This document shows positions 18,246-27,090 of a stretch of 64,000 nucleotides of DNA, piece after piece (position 1 is the stretch's first letter; the number at the start of each line of letters is the position of its first letter). Source of the DNA: Rhodospirillaceae bacterium. Its GTDB lineage: Bacteria; Pseudomonadota; Alphaproteobacteria; Rhodospirillales; Rhodospirillaceae. Location: assembly GCA_040219235.1 (NCBI GenBank), contig JAVJSV010000007.1, forward strand, positions 102,841 through 166,840, in the 5' to 3' direction. The notes under the pieces are model-generated. The model did no database searches. It was not told the origin of the DNA and saw only the letters and a list, made by a program, of their open reading frames with translations. The position numbers were made by a program, and so were the translations under genes.

Positions 18246-18407
18246 TTTAATCCCCTCTAAGGTCTCACAAACAGTCTACCGTTCCCGGTGTCCTGATGTA
18301 ACCTAGGGATATCTATACATCTGGAGGGGATTTCCATGAACCGCAAAGCGGCTTTAAGCATGCTTGGGGGCGCGTTGATCTAAGTATCGGCTGTGGTGGC
18401 ATTACGA

Positions 18408-18611
18408 TCAGGGGGGGGCGGCGGTCTCTGGTGCGGCCATGGTCGCCCGGGCTTCGACGAAACGCTCCAGGTCCACCTTTGCTATGCGAAACTCCCGTTC
18501 GAATTTCACGGCTCGCAGTTCTTCATTCTTGATCCAGGTACGTACCGTCGCTTTGCTCACCTTCAGAAGTTCAGCGACGTCCTGAATCGTCATGAATGGT
18601 GCACTTAGCAT
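18408..18611 (-). CDS. Excisionase-family (MerR-superfamily, HTH_17) DNA-binding protein
   Basis: MTIQDVAELLKVSKATVRTWIKNEELRAVKFEREFRIAKVDLERFVE. The start is 18611 or 18593. Divergent from the usp operon across an AT-rich 113-bp spacer. Confidence 0.7.
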   Translation of the reverse strand: MLSAPFMTIQDVAELLKVSKATVRTWIKNEELRAVKFEREFRIAKVDLERFVEARATMAAPETAAPP

Positions 18612-18724
18612 GACTCATTGATCCTTATTTATTCTTATTCTCACTTATTTATACCGATTTCGATTTACCTTTGCCAGGGCTGATTTTATGATCTGTAGTG
18701 GCAATCGGAATAAGGAGATTTTAA

Positions 18725-19666
18725 ATGCGCCACTATCACAACCCACTCTACGTCAGCCACGGAACTGCTGATGAAACTGAGGGCCTGAAGCAGGCGCTGA
18801 GTCTGGCGCGCAACAACAACGCTCCGTTGAGTGTTCTGGTTGTCTGCCCGGAATTCTCTGTTGATTTTCCTGATTACCGAAAGAAGTACGAAGAGTCGCT
18901 TATTGCCCAGACTGAAGCGTCGATACGTTCGACCAAAAAAGCGATCAAGCTGGAAGAAGGCTCAGTCGATATTTCGATTGAACTCGCCAGCGATAAAACC
19001 CCTTCAACAAAGATAATTCAGCATGTGCTTCAGCACGGTCACGACCTGTTGATCAAAGAAGCAGAGCCTCGTGACGGCGGTGGCGGCGGTTTTAAAGCCA
19101 TCGATATGGACCTGCTACGCAAATGCCCCTGTGCATTATGGTTATGCCGCCCGATTGCACATTCAAGGCAACATATTCAGGTCGCAGTCGCAATTGATCC
19201 GGAAACGACTGAGCAGGCCGCAGAAGATCTGTCAAAACGGATGTTAGAGTTGTCACGTTCCCTGGCGGATAGCTGCAGCGGCGAACTGCATGTCATTTCC
19301 TGCTGGGATTATGAATTTGAATCCTATCTGCGTGACAGTTCCTTTGTAAAAGCAAAAGATGAGGAAATTGCCAAAGCTGTTCTGACCACGCAGCAGGAAC
19401 ATCGCACGGCCCTTGACAGATTGGTTAAGGCATCCGGTATTTCCGGCAGCCATCAGGCCCACCATCTGCGTGGGAGGGCCGAAGACTGCATCCCTGCATT
19501 CGTAAGGGACATAAAGGTCGATATTCTAGTGATGGGTACGGTCGCGCGGACCGGCATCCCCGGCTTTATCATCGGGAATACGGCGGAAAATATCCTACAG
19601 AATTTGTCTTGCTCGCTGCTGGCGCTTAAACCAAAGGGGTTCATCTCACCGGTGAAAGCCTATTGA
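18725..19666 (+). CDS. Tandem-domain universal stress protein (UspE-like)
   Basis: Two Usp halves. The C-terminal half has ILVMGTVARTGIPGFIIGNTAENILQNLSCSLLALKP (the ATP-binding-type G-2x-G-9x-G(S/T) region). Confidence 0.8.
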   Translation: MRHYHNPLYVSHGTADETEGLKQALSLARNNNAPLSVLVVCPEFSVDFPDYRKKYEESLIAQTEASIRSTKKAIKLEEGSVDISIELASDKTPSTKIIQHVLQHGHDLLIKEAEPRDGGGGGFKAIDMDLLRKCPCALWLCRPIAHSRQHIQVAVAIDPETTEQAAEDLSKRMLELSRSLADSCSGELHVISCWDYEFESYLRDSSFVKAKDEEIAKAVLTTQQEHRTALDRLVKASGISGSHQAHHLRGRAEDCIPAFVRDIKVDILVMGTVARTGIPGFIIGNTAENILQNLSCSLLALKPKGFISPVKAY

Positions 19667-19681
19667 TTGTAAGAGTAGATA

Positions 19682-22414
19682 ATGGAAAAGTCGGGCCCGG
19701 ATCGTACTGAGAATTTATGGCACACATTATCAACTGAGAATGTTTTAGAGCGGCTGAATGCTTCAGCGGAGGGTCTCTCTCATGCCGAAGCAAAGATGCT
19801 GCTGGCGGATTATGGTCCTAATCGCCTGCCAGAAGCCGCCCGACGCAATGGCTTTATACGTTTTTTGCAGCATTTTCATCATGTTCTAATCTACGTGCTA
19901 CTTGGTTCCGCTGTGATTACAGCGATGCTCGATCACTGGATTGACACTGGCGTGATCCTGGCCGTGGTTGTCGCCAATGCCCTCATCGGCTTCATTCAGG
20001 AAGGCAAGGCGGAAAAGGCGATGGACGCGATCCGCCATATGCTGGCGCCCCGCGCCAATGTGTTCCGCGATGGGGAAAGACAAAGCATAGAAGGCGATGC
20101 GCTCGTTCCTGGTGATATTGTCTTACTTGAAGCGGGAGACAAAGTACCCGCCGATCTGCGCCTTCTAACCGCGCATGGGATGTCGGTGCAGGAGGCTATT
20201 CTGACCGGCGAGTCCGTGCCGGTTGAAAAACATACAAAGCCGGTTTCCGGGGAAGCTGCCTTAGGCGATCGTTCGTGCATGGCCTTTTCCGGCACTCTGG
20301 TAACAACCGGCCAGGGTAAAGGGGTTGTTGTTGGCACCGGTAGCCAAACCGAGATCGGGCGTATCAGCGGACTGCTTTCAGAAGTTGAAACGTTAACCAC
20401 GCCGCTGGTGGCGCAGATGGGAATTTTCGCCAAATGGCTGACCATCCTCATCCTGCTGATTGCGGCGCTGTTATTGGTATATGGCTATTTTGTCGGTCAT
20501 CACGATTTTGCGGAAATGTTCATGGCGGTGGTCGGACTATCAGTCGCTGCGATCCCTGAAGGGCTGCCCGCTGTACTAACCATTACATTGGCAATCGGCG
20601 TCCAGGCCATGGCGCGACGCAACGCCATCGTCCGGCGTTTGCCCGCAATTGAAACGCTGGGTTCGGTTTCTGTTATCTGCACTGACAAAACCGGTACGCT
20701 CACACGCAACGAGATGATGGTGGCTTCCGTGCTTACCAGTCAGCATCTCTTTGCCCTGGAAGGCGACGGATATACACCCAAAGGGCTGCTCAAGCTGGAA
20801 GATGCGCATGTGTCACCGTCCGACCACGCCGTGCTGGAGGAACTCGCCCGTGCGGCGGCGCTCTGCAACGATGCGTTCTTGCGCGCGCATGAGGGCGTAT
20901 GGACGGTAGAAGGCGACCCGATGGAAGGGGCGCTCCTCGCCTTTGCGGGAAAAATGGATGTAGATGTCCGCAAGACACAAACAGCGTGGACTCGCACCGA
21001 CGCCATTCCATTCGATGCCAAGCACCGCTTCATGGCGACACTGAATCATAACCATGAACGCCATGCGTTCGTGTTCGTTAAAGGCGCACCAGAACAGATA
21101 CTCGCCATGTGCCAGGGGCAGCGCGGCATGGATGGAAAGACGGAAGCGTTGAATATTGATTACTGGCATGGGAAAGCCGAGGCTATTGCCGCGCTCGGAC
21201 AACGCGTGCTCGCCTTTGCCTTGAGGCCGGTGCAATCGGAACATACGGTGCTCGAACTTGGCGATGTTGAAGGCACACTCACCTTACTGGGCATGACGGG
21301 GATGATCGACCCGCCGCGTGCGGAGGCGATTGCGGCAGTCGATGAGTGCCATGGCGCAGGCATCCGTGTGAAAATGATTACAGGCGATCATGCGAAAACG
21401 GCCGCTGCCATTGCAAAGCAAATTGGCTTGAAAAACCCAGAGCAGGTCCTGACCGGGCGCGATCTAGACGGCATGGATGACGCCGCGCTGCGTCAGACTG
21501 TTCTGGAGTGTGACATCTTCGCCCGGACCAGCCCGGAACATAAGTTGCGGTTGGTTATGGCATTGCAATCGCATGGTATGACGGTGGCGATGACTGGGGA
21601 TGGTGTGAATGACGCACCCGCCCTGAAGCGCGCCGATGCGGGCATCGCCATGGGTATGAAAGGCAGTGAGGCAGCCAAGGAAGCGGCGGAACTGGTGCTG
21701 GCGGATGACAATTTTGTTTCCATTGCCGCTGCAGTGCGCGAAGGCCGCACCGTTTACGACAACATCAAGAAAGTCATCAGCTGGACGCTTCCCACCAATG
21801 CGGGCGAAGCGATGACCATCATCGTGGCGTTGCTGGCTGGGATGACGCTGCCAATAACACCTGTCCAGATTCTATGGGTCAATCTGATTACTGCTGTAAC
21901 ACTTGGCATCGCGCTTGCATTTGAGCCGACGGAAGAAAGCACCATGCGCCGTCCGCCACGCCCGCGTGATGAACCGCTGCTCACCGGCGGGTTGGTCTGG
22001 CATATTGTGCTGGTGTCGCTGCTGTTCCTTTGCGGCGTGTTCGGCATGTATCACTATGCCGTTGACCGGGGCTATTCAATAGAGCTCGCCCGCACCATTG
22101 CGCTCAACACGCTGGTGGTGATGGAAATATTCCACCTGTTCTTTATTCGGAATATCTACGGCACCTCGCTAACATGGAAGGCGGTGCGCGGGACCAAGAT
22201 GATCTGGACGGTGGTCATTGTTATTACTGTTGCGCAGTTCGCCATTACGTACCTCCCGCTCTTGCAGACTGTATTTGTCACAGAGCCCATCCCGTTCCTG
22301 GACGGTATGCTGATTGTCGGTGTCGGAGTGGCGCTTTTTGCGATTATCGAAACCGAAAAGCAGATTCGTCTTCGGGTATCACAACAAGTGACGCATGATC
22401 ATGCCCGATCTTAG
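19682..22414 (+). CDS. P-type (P2-like) cation-transporting ATPase
   Basis: 910 aa. N-terminal cation-ATPase domain, TGES (LTGESVPVEK), phosphorylation site ICTDKTGTLT, MITGDH, TGDGVNDAPALK, about 10 TM segments. Confidence 0.95.
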   Translation: MEKSGPDRTENLWHTLSTENVLERLNASAEGLSHAEAKMLLADYGPNRLPEAARRNGFIRFLQHFHHVLIYVLLGSAVITAMLDHWIDTGVILAVVVANALIGFIQEGKAEKAMDAIRHMLAPRANVFRDGERQSIEGDALVPGDIVLLEAGDKVPADLRLLTAHGMSVQEAILTGESVPVEKHTKPVSGEAALGDRSCMAFSGTLVTTGQGKGVVVGTGSQTEIGRISGLLSEVETLTTPLVAQMGIFAKWLTILILLIAALLLVYGYFVGHHDFAEMFMAVVGLSVAAIPEGLPAVLTITLAIGVQAMARRNAIVRRLPAIETLGSVSVICTDKTGTLTRNEMMVASVLTSQHLFALEGDGYTPKGLLKLEDAHVSPSDHAVLEELARAAALCNDAFLRAHEGVWTVEGDPMEGALLAFAGKMDVDVRKTQTAWTRTDAIPFDAKHRFMATLNHNHERHAFVFVKGAPEQILAMCQGQRGMDGKTEALNIDYWHGKAEAIAALGQRVLAFALRPVQSEHTVLELGDVEGTLTLLGMTGMIDPPRAEAIAAVDECHGAGIRVKMITGDHAKTAAAIAKQIGLKNPEQVLTGRDLDGMDDAALRQTVLECDIFARTSPEHKLRLVMALQSHGMTVAMTGDGVNDAPALKRADAGIAMGMKGSEAAKEAAELVLADDNFVSIAAAVREGRTVYDNIKKVISWTLPTNAGEAMTIIVALLAGMTLPITPVQILWVNLITAVTLGIALAFEPTEESTMRRPPRPRDEPLLTGGLVWHIVLVSLLFLCGVFGMYHYAVDRGYSIELARTIALNTLVVMEIFHLFFIRNIYGTSLTWKAVRGTKMIWTVVIVITVAQFAITYLPLLQTVFVTEPIPFLDGMLIVGVGVALFAIIETEKQIRLRVSQQVTHDHARS

Positions 22415-24122
22415 CTTCCTGCACGCCTCGCCGTTTTATGAGTTGACGGCACTCATTGCCTTAGCCGCCATCATTGGTTCCGTTGGGTTGCTGCTGCGTC
22501 AGCCGATGATCGTGAGCTTCATCGCGGTTGGTGTGCTGGCCGGACCGTCCGTCCTTGGGATTGTAAAATCGCACGAGCATATTGAGCTGCTGGCTGAGCT
22601 GGGCATTGCTGTGTTGCTGTTTCTGGTCGGCCTCAAGCTGGATTTGAAACTGATCCGCACCTTGGGTCCTGTGGCGTTGGCAACCGGGTTAGGGCAAGTG
22701 ACGTTCACCTCGGTGATCGGCTTTCTCATCGGACTTGCGCTGGGGCTGGATACAGTGACCTCGCTCTATGTCGCCGTAGCGCTGACCTTCTCCAGCACCA
22801 TCATTATTGTCAAACTACTTTCAGATAAACGGGAAGTCGATTCCCTGCATGGCCGGATCGCGATCGGATTTCTAATTGTGCAGGACCTTGTCGTCGTGTT
22901 GGCGATGATGATCCTGTCAGCCTTCGGTGTAAGTGCCCAGGAAGGGGCCGATGGGTCGGTATTCGTGCATATCGGCACTGTTCTGCTCTATGGCCTTATG
23001 ATGCTGGGCTTTATTCTGCTGTTTATTCGCTACCTGGCGACACCGCTGGTCAGCCGGGTTGCGCACTCGCAAGAACTGCTGATTATTTTTGCCATTGCTT
23101 GGGCGGCGCTGCTGGCCGCCATTGGCAGCCAGCTCGGCTTCAGTAAAGAATTGGGCGGTCTGCTCGCTGGTATATCGCTGGCCTCCACACCTTTCCGCGA
23201 GGCGATTGTGGCGCGCCTGTCCTCCTTGCGCGATTTCCTGTTATTGTTTTTCTTCATTGCACTGGGCTCGCAGCTTGATCTTGGCCTGCTCGGCGGACAA
23301 ATCGGTCCCGCATTACTCTTCTCTGTCTTTGTACTTATCGGCAATCCGCTGATCGTGATGATCATTATGGGTCTGATGGGGTACCGAAAACGCACCGGGT
23401 TTTTGGCGGGCCTGACTGTCGCGCAGATCAGTGAGTTCTCGCTTATTTTCATGGCGATGGGACTCACGTTGGGACATGTCTCCAAAGAGTCTCTTGGGTT
23501 GGTGACTCTGGTTGGGCTGATTACGATTTCCCTATCAGTCTATATGATCACGTATTCCCATGGCCTCTATAGTAGGCTGGAGTCCTGGCTCGGCGTGTTC
23601 GAGCGCAAGACGCCCTACCGCGAAGCAAAGCTTGAACAACAGCATATGACCAAAGGGGAATACGACGTCATCCTCTTTGGATTGGGGCGTTACGGCAAAG
23701 CCCTAGCCCATTATTTACAGCAGCAGGAGTTCAGCTTGCTGGCTGTTGATTTCAATCCGGATGAGGTGCGCCGCTGGCGTGCCCAAGGTCATGCGGCCGT
23801 CTATGGAGACGCGAGTGATCCGGCATTTATCGAGAGCCTCCCCTTACGTGGCGTCAAGTGGATTGTTTCTGCCATGCCCCAGCATAATATCGGAGTCACT
23901 CATGAAGACCCTCGTCTCAGTCTCCTGGAAGGATTGAAGCAGCAGCGGTATGGTGCCGGAATCGCCATATCGACGCAGCACCTTCACGATCAGGAAATCC
24001 TCAAGGAAAAAGGAGCCACCCTGATCTTGCTGCCCTTTTATGACGCGGCAGAACAGGCTGTGGTGCGGATGAAAGAGAACCAGGACAAAGCAGAGCATTT
24101 TCATAGGTTTGAATCCGCCTGA
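22395..24122 (+). CDS. CPA2-family cation:proton antiporter with C-terminal RCK/TrkA-N domain (Kef-like)
   Basis: Twelve or more hydrophobic segments, then VILFGLGRYGKALAHYL (Rossmann GxGxxG). The start overlaps the ATPase stop by 20 nt. Confidence 0.9.
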   Translation: MIMPDLSFLHASPFYELTALIALAAIIGSVGLLLRQPMIVSFIAVGVLAGPSVLGIVKSHEHIELLAELGIAVLLFLVGLKLDLKLIRTLGPVALATGLGQVTFTSVIGFLIGLALGLDTVTSLYVAVALTFSSTIIIVKLLSDKREVDSLHGRIAIGFLIVQDLVVVLAMMILSAFGVSAQEGADGSVFVHIGTVLLYGLMMLGFILLFIRYLATPLVSRVAHSQELLIIFAIAWAALLAAIGSQLGFSKELGGLLAGISLASTPFREAIVARLSSLRDFLLLFFFIALGSQLDLGLLGGQIGPALLFSVFVLIGNPLIVMIIMGLMGYRKRTGFLAGLTVAQISEFSLIFMAMGLTLGHVSKESLGLVTLVGLITISLSVYMITYSHGLYSRLESWLGVFERKTPYREAKLEQQHMTKGEYDVILFGLGRYGKALAHYLQQQEFSLLAVDFNPDEVRRWRAQGHAAVYGDASDPAFIESLPLRGVKWIVSAMPQHNIGVTHEDPRLSLLEGLKQQRYGAGIAISTQHLHDQEILKEKGATLILLPFYDAAEQAVVRMKENQDKAEHFHRFESA

Positions 24123-24238
24123 GGAGTCTGGTTACTCTTGCAGGCGCCCGCTGTTTCTGGTGACCGGCAAAGTCTGAATTGACGCCCAGACTACGGCGAC
24201 TAACATGGCGCTGTTAGGAACAGGAGGTGTGGCGTCTT

Positions 24239-24817
24239 TTACCCTTGAGGTGCTCCATTCAATATGATTGCCGTTGACGCTACGCCAAACCCGCCTCCAA
24301 AAATCATAGAGAAGTATGCGATCAGAAAAGCGATCTTGGTCAAACCTCTAGAAACTCGTGGCCAGATCATATCCATATCGTACGCTGAGCTATGGAATAA
24401 TTTTTGTGTCGTGGGAAAATTATTTTGGAGTTTTTCTTTGGCGTCTTGTGTAAGCCAAAAGCCACCAATTACTTTTATCGTCCTGGTTTCATTCTCAGAT
24501 ACGGGCACTTGTTTATCGAATGTATATACGGTGATTAATATCGTATAAGCCATTAGGCCAATGAAAAGTGCGACGCTAGCAAAAATCATTGTGCCAAAGA
24601 AAAAGCTGTAATCGTATTCGTTAATTGATATGGCATAAAGCGCGCCAACGCCAATACCGGTAATAATGCTTGCAACTTTTATTGGGCCGTTTGGTACATC
24701 TTCCTCGCTAGGTTCCCAACGTGCACGACCTTTGACCGCAAAAACAACAGCGCTGCCAGCTCCTATGACCAAGCCGATTTCATCAACTATTCCAGTTAGT
24801 ATTCCATAGTCAGTCAT
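24239..24817 (-). CDS. Hypothetical membrane protein (about 4 TM), AT-rich ORFan
   Basis: 192-aa ORF with hydrophobic stretches (GLVIGAGSAVVFAV; VASIITGIGVGALYAI; FFFGTMIFASVALFIGLMAYTILITV; IAFLIAYFSMIFGGGFGVASTAII). It lies 8 nt downstream of the 24826 ORF. I recognised no family. Confidence 0.6.
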   Translation of the reverse strand: MTDYGILTGIVDEIGLVIGAGSAVVFAVKGRARWEPSEEDVPNGPIKVASIITGIGVGALYAISINEYDYSFFFGTMIFASVALFIGLMAYTILITVYTFDKQVPVSENETRTIKVIGGFWLTQDAKEKLQNNFPTTQKLFHSSAYDMDMIWPRVSRGLTKIAFLIAYFSMIFGGGFGVASTAIILNGAPQG

Positions 24818-24825
24818 AAAGAATC

Positions 24826-25674
24826 CTAAAAGTGTTTTTTCATATCTATCTCGTAGTTAGGAGGAATGTGCTGTTCAATTTCGACTATGTTTGCACTGCC
24901 GTTTTCCAGTGCGCCGAAGTACCACCCCCCGGGTGGTAGGAAAGACTCGACGGGTGTTGAGAGTGTTCCCCCAAAACGTTGATTCAGGGTAATGAATGCA
25001 GCTGACGTATACAAAATCTCTAGACCGGACTTTTTAGTTTTCACCTTTACGGCTAGCCCTGGATTAGACCCATCCAGGTAGTTTGATAGCTGACCACCAC
25101 CTTCCGACTTTCCCAGAGGTGAATTAATCGACTCACCTCTTTTGCGCTCGAAGAGATGAAATATGTTAGCGATAGAATCAGCCATGCCTTTCGAAAAGAC
25201 TAAATCTGCGTCATCAACTTTCATAACTGTTGGCTGCAGACCGGAATCAACGGTGATAGTTATCGCGTGACCTAAAATCTGTTGAGATGCTTCATCTGAA
25301 ACATGACCCAAATCTATCATCTGCTGTAAATCACTATCTATGAAGTTAATCGGAATTACTTTTCCGTTTCTTAGTCGTGCACTTGGAAAATCTATTTCCA
25401 GACTTTCGCAAAGTTTCTTCACACGATAATACTTGTCTAATTCTCTAAAGATGTATTGAAAGAGTTGTGATTTTGTAACGTCTATTTCCAAATCAATGAG
25501 GTGTTTTAAGTCAGAGTAATTGCTGACAATGCTGTGGACTCCAGCAAACTGCTCTTCTGTACTGGTGACATAGTCGAGATGTTCCAGTTTGCGCTCTTCG
25601 AGCTTTTTAGGTTCTGGTAATGGCATCTGTTCCAAAGGCTTGCTCCCTAAGATAACTGGCTTATTGTAATTCAA
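24826..25674 (-). CDS. Hypothetical soluble protein, AT-rich ORFan
   Basis: 282-aa uninterrupted ORF in the most AT-rich part of the window, with no competing ORF. I recognised no motif. Confidence 0.6.
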   Translation of the reverse strand: MNYNKPVILGSKPLEQMPLPEPKKLEERKLEHLDYVTSTEEQFAGVHSIVSNYSDLKHLIDLEIDVTKSQLFQYIFRELDKYYRVKKLCESLEIDFPSARLRNGKVIPINFIDSDLQQMIDLGHVSDEASQQILGHAITITVDSGLQPTVMKVDDADLVFSKGMADSIANIFHLFERKRGESINSPLGKSEGGGQLSNYLDGSNPGLAVKVKTKKSGLEILYTSAAFITLNQRFGGTLSTPVESFLPPGGWYFGALENGSANIVEIEQHIPPNYEIDMKKHF

Positions 25675-25758
25675 TCAGAAATTGTCATTGATGTAAAAAT
25701 GTAATTTTCTTAGCCGATAAGTTATCCATTGTAGTAATGCTGAAGTTTTGGTGATGTC

Positions 25759-26619
25759 ATGAAACGCAGAACAGTATTAGGCGCGCTTGGTGGTGCCGCG
25801 TTAAGCAGCGCCGCAGGCTTCCCGACCATCATCGGTGCTAAGCCCGCGCGGGCGGCGACGCTGCTGGACCCGAGTAAGCCGGAAGACCTTTATACCATTC
25901 ACCGCAAGCTCAATTTCAGTTTTGATGAAAAGCCGGTATTTTGGTTTATTGAGGCCGTGCGGATGGGCCTGAAAGACTACGAATTCACGCCGTTCTGGAA
26001 CATGCATGTGGGCATGATCTTTAAAGTCCGCGATGTTGACGACTGGACTTACGAGTCTTCGCTGCTCAGCATTATTTTTTACTCTGATTTAGAAACCGGA
26101 AAACTCCTTGAAGTGTTCGATAATCCCTACACTGGCGAAAAACGTCCGGTGAAACAGCCGAGTGTCGCCCGGGTGACTCGCCGCCATGGACTCACCGGCG
26201 TGATCTCGGGGCCGCGGGCGCGGGCCGGTTCAGGGGCTGTCAGTCGTAATGAACAGATCGGCCCCGCCTGGGTGATCAACGACGACGTCTGGTGCAACGG
26301 CGATCTGGTGGTCAAGGCCGAGACGCCCAACGACTTAGGCATGACCATCCATGTCAACGATTGGTCGACCTATCACGGTTCCATCTCGGAGGTGTCGGAC
26401 CCGGAGGTGAAAAGCGCGACCGCCACGCACACGTTTAACGACATCAACACCTTCAATCATCCGTGGATTGGCATGGAGGGCGTCACCGCCAATTCGGTGT
26501 CGCGGGGCTTTGGCCGCAAGAGCCGCTCGGTCGAGGGGATGCCGCCAGCCTGGCGTGGCTTTATGGCCGGCCAGCACCCGGACATTCTGGCCGACATTGA
26601 GGGCGCGATAGAGGGGTAG
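25759..26619 (+). CDS. Tat-signal secreted protein (DUF1838-like)
   Basis: MKRRTVLGALGGAALSSAAGFPTIIGAKPARA is a twin-arginine leader with an AxA site. The family call is from memory of similar ~280-aa Tat proteins and is tentative. Confidence 0.65.
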   Translation: MKRRTVLGALGGAALSSAAGFPTIIGAKPARAATLLDPSKPEDLYTIHRKLNFSFDEKPVFWFIEAVRMGLKDYEFTPFWNMHVGMIFKVRDVDDWTYESSLLSIIFYSDLETGKLLEVFDNPYTGEKRPVKQPSVARVTRRHGLTGVISGPRARAGSGAVSRNEQIGPAWVINDDVWCNGDLVVKAETPNDLGMTIHVNDWSTYHGSISEVSDPEVKSATATHTFNDINTFNHPWIGMEGVTANSVSRGFGRKSRSVEGMPPAWRGFMAGQHPDILADIEGAIEG

Positions 26620-26703
26620 GGGCTGTCGATCATCATGAGGGAATGATAACAAATTAGATTGTTATTTGCAAGTCAAATCGCTGTTTTCCGGGATATACAT
26701 CGG

Positions 26704-26993
26704 TGCATGGGCTCGTTCCAAGGGGGTCTCGAAACTGCCGTCCATGGGCTCGTTCCAACGATCATACGTGCATGGGCTCGCTTGATCCGAACCAGTCGTG
26801 CATGGGCTCGAACCAAGGGGAGAGCCCCTACAAGAAAGTCTCGAACCAAGGGGGAGAGCCCCTACAAGAAAGTCTCGAACCAAGGGGAGAGCCCCTACAA
26901 GAAAGTCTCGAACCAAGGGGGAGAGCCCCTACAAGAAAGTCTCGAACCAAGGGGAGAGCCCCAACAAGAAAATCTCGAACCAAGGGGGAGAGG
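26704..26993. repeat. Intergenic tandem repeat array: about 4 degenerate units, then 5.5 near-perfect units alternating 33 and 34 bp
   Basis: The unit CTCGAACCAAGGGG(G)AGAGCCCCTACAAGAAAGT starts at 26807, 26840, 26874, 26907, 26941 and 26974. Upstream degenerate units share CATGGGCTCG at 26706, 26743, 26771 and 26801. Confidence 0.95.
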
Positions 26994-27090
26994 TGCTTGG
27001 TAAAAAAGTGGCCTCCCGCGGTCCCAGCGCATTGCCCCTGAAATCAGGCATTGTCACACTGGGGTCGTGTTTAATGAAGGACGCCAAATC

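Noticed and set aside
18393-18608. Plus-strand 71-aa ORF overlapping the excisionase-type HTH gene.
   Set aside because: It is antisense to an ORF with a clear HTH_17 motif, and its Gly-rich start comes from a poly-G tract. It is a shadow ORF.
18384-25750. Calling the HTH-usp-ATPase-antiporter-ORFan block a mobile element or genomic island.
   Set aside because: I found no integrase, transposase, tRNA target or flanking direct repeats. Only the last 1.5 kb is clearly compositionally deviant. I kept it as a finding to test, not as a mobile_element feature.
26704-26993. Possible CRISPR array (regular ~33-bp periodicity); the same was considered for 7631-7890.
   Set aside because: Units abut each other with no unique spacers, and no cas genes occur anywhere in the window. 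These are plain tandem repeats.
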